From contig OY253669.1 in assembly GCA_958009085.1 (NCBI GenBank), forward strand, positions 1,488,001 to 1,552,000: a DNA stretch of 64,000 nucleotides, read 5' to 3'. Shown here in pieces: positions 51,600-62,803 of the stretch. This DNA is from Protoeuglena noctilucae (Eukaryota). Made by a program: the position numbers and the translations under genes. Each line of letters begins with the position of its first letter. Position 1 is the stretch's first letter. The notes under the pieces were generated by a model. The model was not told where the DNA came from. It saw only the letters and a list, made by a program, of their open reading frames with translations, and did not search any database.

Positions 51600-52009
51600 C
51601 TTGTAGTTGCGGGAGAACTAGCAAGAATGCCAGGTTTTCAGGACGAGGCGGCACGGTAGGGAGAACGGAAAGTTCAAACGGGGCCGCGAGGCCACCAGAG
51701 CAGGCGAAGGACCGCAACAGAGCGTGCGGTGCATGGGCCTGTTTTTTCACGAATACTATTGATGTAGCCATGACGTGGGCGCATGGGTCACCGTGACGCC
51801 GTCGAGAGGCGACGCCCGTCAGGTCGCTGACAACGGCATCCACCGAGAAGATGCCAAGGTAGGACTGGTGCGGGTCGATCTCGCTTAGAAGCGTTGATTT
51901 GACGAGGGACAGATGATGCACGGCCCCAGGCAGGGCTTGGGAAAGGATAGACACAGCCCACGCCCCCGTCATTGGCTTGATGCACGGTGGCGTCCTCAGG
52001 CATGAGAGA

Positions 52010-53117
52010 TTACAAGTTGTAGTCCACAGCGGCCTCCTGCCACATGGCCTTGAACTGGCCTGCGGGGGACGGCGTCGAAGGGGTCAGCGTCACTCCCGCC
52101 CGGGCCGCACCACCGTTGCGCCGACCCGCGCCAGGCCAAACCTCGCCTTTGGCGGACTCAAACTTGGCCTTGAGGTTCTGCTTCCGGAATGAGGCGTGTG
52201 CAGCGACGAACAGGCCGCTGAGCAGCGTGGCCATGGAAAGTCGAAGGAGCGCCCGACTCCACCACACCCACACGGTCCCCACCAGCAGCCCCCCCGCCAC
52301 GAAGGCCATGCGAGGGATCCCCAAGATCTTGATGGGGGCCGACCCCGGCCCCTGCACCCCAGGCTTGTAGTCTGCAGCCGCCTGTGCTCGCATGCGCTGC
52401 GAGCAAGGAGCCAAGCCAATGTAGTGTCTGAGCCACACGCCGCATCCGTCCACGCTTCCCCATCATGCTGAGCGTGGCGGAGGCATGAAGGCCAATCCCT
52501 AGGGCCTGCAACATGGGAAGGTACCAAGTGCAGCCTCCCAGGGTGCTCACCACAGCCAGATCGGGGTTGATCCTCCGAGCCAACTTGAGACCGTGATTGG
52601 AGACGCTTCGGGCAAAGGTGTCGTTGAGGCAGAGGAGGATGACTGCGGGCAGGAACTTGCTCGAGTTTGTTGCGTGACAAGGAGGCCCGCGAACCTCGCC
52701 GCCTAGGCACCTAGGAGTCGTGGGGCGTGTTCTACAATATCTGACTCTCACAGGTGCACCAGCCGAGCGAAAACAAGGTGGATGGCTTGGTGAGGAGGGC
52801 CGCCAGCTCGATCACGAAGAAGCCGATGAGGTAGTCCGTCCTGTAGTAATACGTGTTACACTTCACGCGTGAAGACCACTTCTTCTGAGAGCCTGGCACC
52901 GACCACCCCGTGGCAGCGAGCGGGAGGAAGTCGAACACTCCCCGCCTGCGTGGAGCAAGGCTGGGACGCGCAGTTGGGGCTCTCCAAGGGATGCAGTACA
53001 CTCGTTGCGCCGTCAACTCAGCGATCCGCATCATCCTCACGGCGGCTTGTTCCACTCCACTTCGCGCAGCGCGCTCCACAGCTCGGGGAGATCCACGAGC
53101 TCCCAGTTCACCGCCAT
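52010..53117 (-). CDS. PRA1: Prenylated Rab acceptor 1 family protein (plant PRA1.A-like)
   Basis: MAVNWELVDLPELWSALREVEWNKPP|R...KWSSRVKCNTYYYRTDY; LCLNDTFA; AHASFRKQNLKAKF...|FKAMWQ...YNL*. The stop TAA overlaps a TGTAA. Confidence 0.88.
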
Positions 53118-53406
53118 CCTGTCCCGCACCCCCAACGCCCTATCGAGACACCCGTTCTTTCCAGGCCGACACAAGAAGTCGCCCTCGGCGCTCCGATGCT
53201 CCCGATGGCGCAGCGTCGACACTGCCTGCAGATGATGCGCTCTCCTAGCGACGTCACAGACGTCTTTGGATTCCGCAGCGACCTTCTTGAAGGTCCTCAG
53301 CAGTCCGCTGTCATTCAAGGAACGGAACCCTAGCAACTCTGTCAGGCACATTGTCAGGCGCACTGCAACCCGAGCACTACCAGGCACGCGTCCTGTCCTG
53401 TCCGTT

Positions 53407-56400
53407 TCATTCTAACACGGCGTCGGGCCGATTCCTGCTGGCCGACCTCCGACCGCCCGAACGCCTGCGGCCCCCGCCCTCCACTCCCTGGCGCTCCCCT
53501 GCCTCCGTCCCAGACGTGGTCCTCTTCGCGTAGGGGCCCCCATTGGCTGCGCTCCTGTTCGCGTGGACGTACGTCATCTCCTCGTCCGTACTCGCGCTGA
53601 CGTTGTCCGCCACGCCCGGGGGCGGCCCCGGCGGTGGCTGCACGGCGGTCGGCGGAGCGGTCCTGGGCGTCAGGTTGCTCAGGCGCGGCTTGGAAGACGA
53701 AGGGTACACCACCCTCCAGGTGATGTTAGGATCGTACTGCGGGCGGGGCACGCGGGTCATGCGCACGGGCCGGCACATGCCAGCAGGGACGCCGGCCGCA
53801 CCATGGGGCTGTCGGTACAGCCGTGGGCTGCCCCGACCCACCTGCGCCGCTGCGGGCACGCCTGCCTCCCCCTCCGCGACCACGGCCGGCCGCCACCGCG
53901 TGTCGACCATGGGTGGCCCGGGGTAGCCCCACCCCGCGGCGTAGGCCCCGGAGTCGTGGCCCACGGGGTACAGCGGCGTGCGCGGGGGCGGCACCGTCTC
54001 AAACGCGCCGCCCGACAGCGTCTCCTGCCAGACCTCGTCGATGCTTCGGGGCGACTCCACCTCCTCCCCGTCAGATATGGACGAGGTCGGCCTATCGTCC
54101 TGGGACCCAGGGCGAGGGCGGCCCTTGGGGAGCGCCTCGGTCACCATAAACTCCCGGTTCAGGAACATGTAGTTGGGCATGAAGAGCTTGCGGCTGCCGT
54201 TCCTGCGGTGCGCAGGACACAAGGGTGCAAGCTCACAGGCGTGCACCGCAGCTCGCCGCAGCGCAGGGGTTCAGGCATCTGCATTGGTCATGACATCTCG
54301 AGTCGCTACAAAAGCGCCTTGACTCGACTGTCCCGTGACCTGATGACCGTGTAGCGGAGGTCCACCGAGTCGCACACGCCCTCGAACCAGCCGCCCTTCG
54401 GAGGTGCGGCGGTGGACGGGCCCTGCCTCGGCTGGAGGATGGAGGTCAGCGAGGGGTTGGAGAAGGGCACTGCGACCGTGTCTCCCGTCTGCGTGCCCGG
54501 AGACCGCCGCGGAGGTCGATGGGCAGCACTAAAGGCGGGCTCTCATGCACAAAACGCAACGACACTTATCAGGCACGAGAGCGAGGCAGAAGCAAGGGCC
54601 TCGCCTTGAACGGCTGGACGACGAAGAGGAAGAACCCCGAGACGAAGTTGATGAGGATGTCCTTGCACGCAAAGGCGGCGGCGACGAAGGCGGGGAGGAG
54701 GAGGCCCGAGATGTTGAAGCCGACGAGCGTGAGGATGACCATGAGGGCGGCCACGATGGCGCAAAGCTCGAGGGTGGTGTGCATGGCGTTGGCGAAGCGG
54801 TTGTCGATGGCGCCCTGCCGGTGGAGGAGGTCCACTGTGGACTGCAGGGCCGTGGTCACGAACCACACCACCCACAGGAAGACCAGGATGATGCCCGCCC
54901 TGCGGGGACGCATTATTGACTCGTGTTTTATAAGAGCTGTAGAGTTGGCAGCAGAGTTGGGCGGGCGCTGGCGGGGATGAGGCGGGAAGGCCCAGCCCTC
55001 CCGGCGGGGCGGCATCAACGCCTGAGCGTGAAACACATACCTGGGCAGGACGGTCCGGGCGTTGGCGACAATGCCCTTGAGGGCAATACCCACACCGAGG
55101 ACGAGGGGCGCGAGCATGGGGAGGGAGATGGTGCTGGCGACGAAGGACAGCTGCGTAAGGACCAGAGCGATGAGGGCCGGCACCCGGACACTGCAGAGAG
55201 GCCCAGGTGGGAAATAGCTCAGCAGGGGTCACCCTCCAAGCAGGAAAGACGCATCGCGGGCCGTCGCGGGCGCTCGCCTGAAGTTGGCCAGCGTCAAGGT
55301 GATGCGGATCTGCTCCACCCGCGGCCGGTTCCAGATCCACCGCAGCCTCGGCCACACGCCCTCCAGGCTCTCCCACTCCCTCTCCCACGTCTGCGGGTCC
55401 TCCCCAATCAGCTTCCCCAGGGCGTCCCGCGTGCCCCTGCGCGCCCACCGCACCACCTTCCAGCCCCAAGCGCGGCCCTGCCGCCGCAAGCGCTCGACGC
55501 CCTCCCGGGACGTCGTGCCCGCCTCGTACGCCTTGTGAGACAGACTCAGGCCCGCCTCCCCCACAAAGCTGCGGCCACGAGAAGCGCGCCGGGTAGCTTC
55601 TGCATTCGACTGCCGCTGCCATCGGCACAGGCAGGGCCAAGCGCACAGCGCAGACGCACCTCGCTGCCTCCCCGACGACGTTCTGGACTTTGGCGGCCGC
55701 TTGGAGCGCACCGCGCACGCCCTCGCGCACCGGCGCCGTGGCCGGGTCGTCCGCTGCACTGGTTTGCGTGGGCAACCCCCGCCGCCCCCCTGGTGGCCCC
55801 GTGGTGCGCCCTTGTCGGGGCCCCGCCACCGCCGGGACCGAATTGTAAGCGTCGTCGTCGAACGACAAGCTCACGGGAGGGGCGGTGAGCTCCGGCGACA
55901 GCGACGCGAGGACGCGGTCGTCTTCGTCCGCCTCGACGCCCAGCGCGTCTACGGGGGAGCGGCAGCGCGACCCTTTCGTGGACGGCATTCGAGGCACGCA
56001 AAAGACGACAGCTGCGGCACCGCAGTGGCAGCGGCGGAGACTCACAGGGGTCGTAGTCGTCGTCATCAAACAAGCACATTGTCGCAGCCCTCGCCACGCC
56101 TCGTCGCCGACTCCGATCCTCCCATGCGTCCATCCCGCGTGCGCTGCGTCCGCATTCCAAGCCTCCAGCGCGCCGGGCCTTCGCGGAGCGGAGCCCAGGG
56201 ACCCCCACATGGCGCGGAAGCTGCGGAAAGGGCAGGGACTCGTCTCATCGCCGCGCCCCCGACGGTCGTGCGACCCGGCTCTGCGCGCGAGCAGGTCATA
56301 AGAGCGGGGAAACGGCCCGTCCTCTGTCGCAGCGAGCGGCCAGCGAGTGCACGGATGGGCGCCCCGCTGCGTCGAGGCCGAGGCCCGCGCGCAGCGCAAG

Positions 56401-56832
56401 CCGTCCCCCCGCGGGCGCAAGAAGCGAGGAGGTGGACGAGGTTCGTGCAAGCGGCTCCGACACCGAATGGGCCCCGAAACACCGCGCTTTCCGCCAGCTC
56501 GCGAACAGCCACGCGCAAGCAGCCCGTCGCGGCGCTGGCTCGGAACGAACGGGGAAGAGTGCGGCGAGACGAGCCATGTGCATCGGCAGAGGCCCCGACA
56601 GCACATGCCGCCCCGATACGGCGCTGCTTCGGAGGAAAAGAGGCTCCCGTCAAGGCGGGCACGATCTCGGCGCTGTCGGCCGCTCCCGAGCGCACGGACT
56701 GCATGGAATTGGTCACACGACACCGAATATACACGGCGCGGCCCTCACCGTCGCCGGGGGAGGCGGCCGCGAGGAGGAGGCCAGTTGGTGACTCTGATGC
56801 CGCTGGCCGAGCACGGAACCCGCGCGCTCCAT
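53407..56832 (-). CDS. MSL: MscS-like mechanosensitive ion channel (MSL), probably organelle-targeted; 5' end uncertain
   Basis: TM helices, then GFNISGLLLPAFVAAAFACKDILINFVSGFFLFVVQPFK|TGDTVAV...FEGVCDSVDLRYTVIR|NGSRKLFMPN (MscS core). Upstream exons ...RRRGVARAATMCLFDDDDYDP|YALGVEADE... The first exon could start at 56832 or near 56580. Confidence 0.8.
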
Positions 56833-57153
56833 GGCTACGGCGACTTTTTACATGCTACGAACGGACCAAGAGGGCCCGGGAAAGCGTAGGAGCTTTTAGG
56901 GCGCAGAAAGTCCACCGACGGGCACAAAGACAACAAGTAAGGCGAGAAAATTGAAAGCGGCTTGTCACTGACACTGGAATTGAGGCAGGTGAGGCAGCTC
57001 TGGGCGGGAAGAACAGGCCCTTTGGTGAGCCAGACGCAGCCAGATGCAGCGTGCCAGGCGGCGTCCTCTGACAGTGTCACTGGGGGTTCGGAAGCTCGAC
57101 CGCTTCAAAGCAGGCTCCAAGCACGCCAAGAGCGCTCGCGGCCGCAGCGGGGC

Positions 57154-58531
57154 TTAGCCGAACAGGTCCATCTCCATCTCCTCCTCCGACTCCTCCTCCA
57201 CGACCGGCGCGGCGGCCGCGGCCGGGGCCGAGGCAGCGGGGGCGGCGGCGGCGGCGGCAGCGGCAAACGCGCCGGGGTTCTTGAGGATCTCCTTGACCTT
57301 GTCCGCCAGGGGGAAGGAGTAGTCGGTGACCAGGGCGATGGCCAGGACGTTCTTGTAGGCGTTGATGACGGAGTGCGGCACGGACGCCATCGTCGGCATG
57401 TGGAGGGCCAGGGAGATGGCCGCCACGTTGCTGCAGGCAGGGCAGGAGGGGCAGCGTCGGGCGTCGGGCACAGGGCGCTGGGCTTCGCCACGCAAGGTGG
57501 GCCCAGCCTGGCTGCAAGGACCGGCGCTCACTTGACACCGGCGCGGAAGGACGCGACGAGGTCGTCGTCGGTGATGTCGAGGACCTTGGCGTCGTAGATG
57601 CTGCCGTTCTCGAACACGGTCAGCGGCTGGAGCGCGTACTCGAAGGGGCGGATGTTGAGCTTGGCCAGCAGGGCCGCCTCCGACGAGCCCACGCGGTCAC
57701 CGACCTTGAGCAGCTCGACGTCCTTGATGATTTCGACCTGACCCCTGCGCGCGGAGGCGATGGGAGCGGCTCTCGCGGCGACGGGGGCGCGCAGGAGAAC
57801 ATCGGCGCAGCGCCCCGGTCGGCACCCCAACTCACTTGTTGATCTTGGTGGGGATGTTGAGGGCCTGGAAGAAGGACGTCTGCGAGGGGTCCATGCCCGT
57901 GTTGCCGGCGGGGATGGTCACGTTCTTGTTGGCGACGGCACCGACGCGGGCGGCGGCGGGGACCGTGTTCGTGACGATCTCCTTGCGGATGCCGACGAGG
58001 TCGTCCTCAATGAAGACGATGCCCACGTTGAGCACCAGGTGGTCCAGGATGTCGGCCCACTTGTCGTCGCCGGTCTTCTCGATGTAAGCGCGGATGCACT
58101 TCTTCATGAGCGTGTTCTTGCCCATCAGCAGCACCGCGCGGCCGCGGAGCTGCTGGCGGATCTCCGCCATCTGCTTGGAGCCCACATTGTCGCAGTTGAC
58201 GATGAGCGCCCTGCGGCCGGCCGGGGAGGGCGGGGAGAGCCCGTCAGCGGCGCCTCGGCCAGCCAGCGCCGCCCACCCGCTCCATGGTCCCTTCCGCCGC
58301 TCCGCGCGCAGCTTCAAGCCCTCCGCATCACGAGGTGGGGCGGGCAGGGCATCTGGGGAAGTCCCCGGGTGCGCTCGGGCCGGGGCGGCTCGCGTCCGGT
58401 TCCGGCGACGTCGGGCCGCGAGCCACCAGAGCGCGCGAGCGGGGCATCAATACTCACTTGTTGAAGCGCTCGAGCATCGCGAACACGCGCTCCTCGTACT
58501 TGAGCTTCTTCTCGGTGATCTTGTGCGGCAT
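57154..58531 (-). CDS. RPLP0: 60S acidic ribosomal protein P0 (uL10), 4 exons
   Basis: [12 protein letters not shown]...|[37 protein letters not shown]...[31 protein letters not shown]...[22 protein letters not shown]...; Ala-rich hinge, ending [14 protein letters not shown]. Confidence 0.97.
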
Positions 58532-58840
58532 TTTCGCTGAGACACGGGACCAAGCACGCCGGTGAGCGTCAAGGATTTTAACCCGTGCTGGGGGAAAGGG
58601 CGGGAGAGGGGGGAGCGCGGCCCAACTATCCCGGGGGCCATGACACGCAATACTTGCATGTGTCAGAATCCTGGTTACAGTCCCCTCGCGCATGGCCCCC
58701 GCCCACGCCGCCTCTTGGTTGTTAATGTTCGCGTAGTGACGCCATCGCGTTTCTCCAAGACGCCATCGGCTTGACACTGCGGGCGGGGTAGTCTCGCATC
58801 TGAAGGCGCCCGCCCGGCGCGCCTGTCCGCGAGGGAGGGG

Positions 58841-61800
58841 ATGGCAGCGACGACGCCCTGCAGGCTTTGTTCCCCTTGTGTGTCGCTCCGCCAAGCCGGA
58901 CCCCAGAGGCGCAGGTTCGCTGGGGCAGGGACGCACACCCAAGAAAGGCCGCCGGGGTCGAGCGTGTCCCCCACTGCGCCCACTCACGCGCCCGCCCGCG
59001 ATTCCCGCCCGCAGCGGGTGTCGGGTGTATGCTGCACCTAATGTCGCGCCTGTCGATGGGTCTGGGGGGACGCACAAGTACCCCCCGCGGTCCTACCCCA
59101 CCAAGCCGGGGGAGAAGTACCTGTTCCAGACGGGTGAGGCCGCCACGGTCAAGCTCTTGTGGATGACTTGATTAGTCCGCGTCGACCGCGCCGGTACTTC
59201 GCCTTCACGCAGGGGAGAGCATGAAGCTCTACGAGCTGCCGGAGGGGACGCGCTTCATCTACCCCGGCGTTCGGAAAGACGGCGTGAGGGACCGGGAGAA
59301 GGTGTACGAGATGGTCAAGTATGCCCTGGACAACCCTATCGGGGACAAGCCCCTGAAGGAGAAGCTCCGTGCTTTGGTGGAGGCCAAGGGTCGGTCCGCC
59401 AAGGTCGTGATGGCCTTTGACGACGTGTCCGTGCCTCTCCCGCCCATGATGTCCCCCGACATCAGGCGAGCGCGGGCTGCTGCGAGCGGGGCGCCAGGCT
59501 GGCTTGGCACCCGCCGCATGCGGCCATAGCAAGACGGGCACTCATGGTTGCGGCCCTCCACAGGTCGGTCATCATGGACCTGGCGGAGCAGTACTGCGTG
59601 GAGGCTGGCATTGAGGACATCCGCTTCATCTGCTCCATCGCCCTGCACAGGTGCGGGGCTGGGAACGCAAGGGTCTTTTGGAACACGCCCCGGTCACCAT
59701 CTGGTCTGGCATGCAGGGAGCCTGGGCCGGTCGTCTCGACAGCTAGGTGTCCGCTGGCTCTAGTCCTCGTCGCTCCGCATCACTGCGCCCCTGCTAGGTG
59801 CCTGCCCGCAGGTTCATCCGGCCCGACGAGTTCCGTCACATCTGCGGCCCGCGCCTCTTCGACAAGTACTTCCCCCAGGGCAGGATGGTCAACTTCAACG
59901 CCGTGGACGACGAGCACGCCAAGTTCATCGGGAAGACGCGCCACGACGAGGACGTCATGGTGTGCCGGGAGTTCGTGGAGGCGGACCTCGCCATCTACGC
60001 CAACTGCAACTACGTGGCCATGGACGGGGGCTACAAGAGCTACGCCACGGGCATGGTCAACTACCGCAGCCTCAAGCCCAACCACGACGCCAAGACGCTC
60101 ATGCAGACGCGGTCGCTCTATGACCCCGACAACTCGGCCATGCACCGCTCCTTCAAGCGCATCGGGAGCATGATCCAGAAGCAGGTGGACATCTTCCACG
60201 TCGAGACGGTCCTCGACGACCAGGCGAGAGGCGCCGCGGTGTTAGCCAAGCACAAGCCTATGGTCCCACTGGGCGAGGGGCGCCATCGTTCCTAGACAAG
60301 AGGCGGCCAGCAGGACCAGGCCTCCTTGGCTCGTGCAAACTTTCGGTTAACCTCTACTTCCACGCGTTCCCTGCCCTCACAGACGTTCCCGTTCTACCTG
60401 GAGTGGGTCACGAAGCCTCCCGAGGAGCGCAACCTCCTTGACAAGGCCCTCTGCCTGGCCACCGTCACCTCCCTGCAATTCATCCCGCTGGTGGGTGTAG
60501 AGATCGCTCTGCAGCTACCGAGTCGCCTGACCAACCGCTGTTCATAAGCACACACCTGCAGCAGCACTTGCAACACACACGCCGACGATGCTGATTTGTG
60601 CAGTTCAACTGGCCCCACCATGGTGAAATGCTAATTCCGATTACTCTGCTTTTGTCTTCTCTCGCAGTGGTTGCGCAAGTGGACCTTCTGGAGCTTCTTC
60701 GTGCGAGGCCCCTTCGGGCTCCTGCAGGTGTACGCGGGAGAGACGGTCCAGGTGCACGAAAAGACCCTCGAGGCCAACTACAGGCGAGGAACAGAAGCGA
60801 GCAGCTTAGGGATGCTAGCAGTGAATGGCGGGCGCTTGCACGATGGCACCTCTGCCGCTGTGCAACGCGGCAGCTTTGCGAGCTCCCTGATAACGGTCTT
60901 GGCTCGTCGCTGCGGTGCACTGTTGCCAGCAGTTACTCAGCCCTGACGCGCGCACTTCCCCGCCGCCTCGCAGGGACAAGGTGGTGGACGTGGATGGTCA
61001 GTGCGACATCCTCATCCTGGCGCCCTCGTGCATCGGCCCCTACACAAAGGACATGTACATGAACCCTCTCCTGGTCAACACGTACTCCCTGGGCTACTGG
61101 TACAACCAGTACGTCGGTGGCACCCCTCTCCTCCGGTGAGTGTTAGTCAGACAACGGCCTGTGCCTGTTTGTGCTGCCATTATTGACTTCCGTCGTCGTT
61201 GCTACGGCAAGGCACGAGAGCTGCCCTCGCAGGGAGGGCGGCGTGGTAATCGTCGTGAACGACATGCCGTACGAGTGGAGCTCTCCCAGCCACGACGGGT
61301 ACCGGGAGTTCTTTGAGGAGGTGAGCCTTGGGCATAAGCACGGGCTTCGTGCAGCGTACCTGCCCTGGGTTCTGGCCTAGCGCCTCCGTGCCGGTGTCAC
61401 GCGATTCGCATTCAGCGGTCGCCGGAACACTCTCGAGGGTCGGGCAGTAGCCCATAAAAGCATCTTGCTGGCTATCACCCATGCGCCATCGTGCCCCCCA
61501 TCGCCAGGTGCTTCTGAAGGGCGAGGGCGCCCTCGACAACTTTGAGAAGTACCAGGACAAGTTTGCCACGAACGAGCGGCTCAACGACATCTACCGGTGA
61601 GGAGGATGCACACAGCTGCGAGTCTCGTGCGCCGCACCCACGCCATGCCTGCCATCATTGTCAGATGTCACGGGTGGCATGCCTTGTCGTGAATCGATGT
61701 GCTAGTGCCCGCAGGAGAGGCGAGGGGCCCGCGGGCGTCCACGCGTTCTACATGTACACGTGGGCCGCGCATGGGATGGACAAGGTCGGGCGGGTCTTCG

Positions 61801-62080
61801 TCGTGGGCGCCACGGACCCGAGGGGTCCCAAAGGGCTGGGGTGGGAGACCTGTGACTCCGTCGTCGAGGTGAGACGCGATGGGCCGGTCAGAAGCCCCGC
61901 GAGCGCTTTGATTGGTTCAAGCGAACGCTGGCGGCCCTCGTGGACCTGCAGGCGGTGGCCAAGGCCCGCGAGTGGCTGGGCGACAAGAACGCCTCTGCCA
62001 CGTTCTGGTCGTGTCCGCCGGTGGGGTACGCGAGGGTCAAGGTGGATGCTCAACAGAAGGAGCCTGCCGGGAGCGCTTGA
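58841..62080 (+). CDS. Lactate racemase (LarA/DUF2088) domain-containing protein, bacterial type, about 12 exons, possibly plastid-targeted
   Basis: YLFQTG|ESMKLYELPEGTRFIYP; ALDNPIGDKPL; VMAFDDVSVPLPPMMSPDIR|S; ICSIALHR|; DLAIYANCNYVAMDGGYKSYATG; LKPNHD; IFHVETVLDDQ|TFP; MNPLLV; REGGVVI; GVHAFYMYTW; ...ATFWSCPPVGYARVKV...SA* (TGA 62078-62080). The first exon and start at 58841 are tentative. Confidence 0.8.
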
Positions 62081-62231
62081 GTTTCCTGCACCGGCAGTCA
62101 GACTCGCTGTTGGGGTGTTCCACGCTGGCCATCCGCGCTCCTCCGCACTCTCCCGCACCCGCGGCCATCGCAAGGCCGCAGCGGAGGTCCGAAATGCGCG
62201 TCATGGCCAGCTGCGGCTGTGATTGAAGGCG

Positions 62232-62759
62232 ATGGCGGACCGATGGACGGCCAAGCTCGCTGCGACAGCTATCGGCGTGTTCATCGCGGCCGGTGTGTGT
62301 GAGATTGGCGGCGGCTACCTCGTCTGGCGAGCCCTGCGTGGGGGCACAAGCAAAGTCGAGCGAAAAGCCGCGCTCATCATTGGCGGCATCCTGGTCCTGG
62401 GAGCCTATGGCGTCGTTCAGACACTCCAGCCCCCCGTCTCGGGAGGCTTTGGCAGGTGCGCTGAGCCGCGCGCGAAGGCTCGGCTTGCCCGGCGATGCAG
62501 CAGCATCGATCGGCGCGTCTCTGAGCGCTGCCGTCGCTATTGCTCCAGAGTGTACGCCGTCTACGGAGGATTCTTCATCGTGATGAGCTACCTCTGGGCC
62601 TGGGCGCTGGAGGGCGAGCGGCCGGACGTGGGCGACGCCGTCGGCGCGGCCATTGCAGTGGGAGGCGTCCTCGTCGCGCTCTTTTGGCCCCGCAAGCACG
62701 GCTCGTCTTCATCGCCGCCGTCTACTAGCGCCAGCTCGCATGGCAGCGCGCCAGGCTGA
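62232..62759 (+). CDS. ynfA: YnfA/UPF0060 family small 4-TM membrane protein (SMR-like/DMT superfamily)
   Basis: FIAAGVCEIGGGYLVWRALR...LGAYGVVQTLQP...FGR|VYAVYGGFFIVMSYLWAWALEGERPDVGDAVGAAIAVGGVLVALFWPR, with one 93-nt GT-AG intron at 62456-62548. Confidence 0.9.
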   Translation: MADRWTAKLAATAIGVFIAAGVCEIGGGYLVWRALRGGTSKVERKAALIIGGILVLGAYGVVQTLQPPVSGGFGRCAEPRAKARLARRCSSIDRRVSERCRRYCSRVYAVYGGFFIVMSYLWAWALEGERPDVGDAVGAAIAVGGVLVALFWPRKHGSSSSPPSTSASSHGSAPG

Positions 62760-62803
62760 TATTCTCGCGCGCCCCTCCAGGAGCTGCCCTCTTTGCGCCT
62801 GCC

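Noticed and set aside
51481..51972. 163-aa minus-strand ORF between PRA1 and the expansin gene
   Set aside because: It has a non-ATG start, overlaps the expansin first exon in another frame and the likely PRA1 3' UTR, and has no recognisable motif.
58212..58457. snoRNA in the first intron of RPLP0
   Set aside because: There is only an imperfect box C-like GTGATGC, and the single CTGA coincides with the likely branch point. No terminal stem or rRNA guide is evident.
58841..62759. Bacterial contamination explaining the LarA-like and YnfA genes
   Set aside because: Both contain spliceosomal introns in the host style (the LarA-like gene also uses GC-AG donors) and are contiguous with RPLP0 and the PRMT-like gene.
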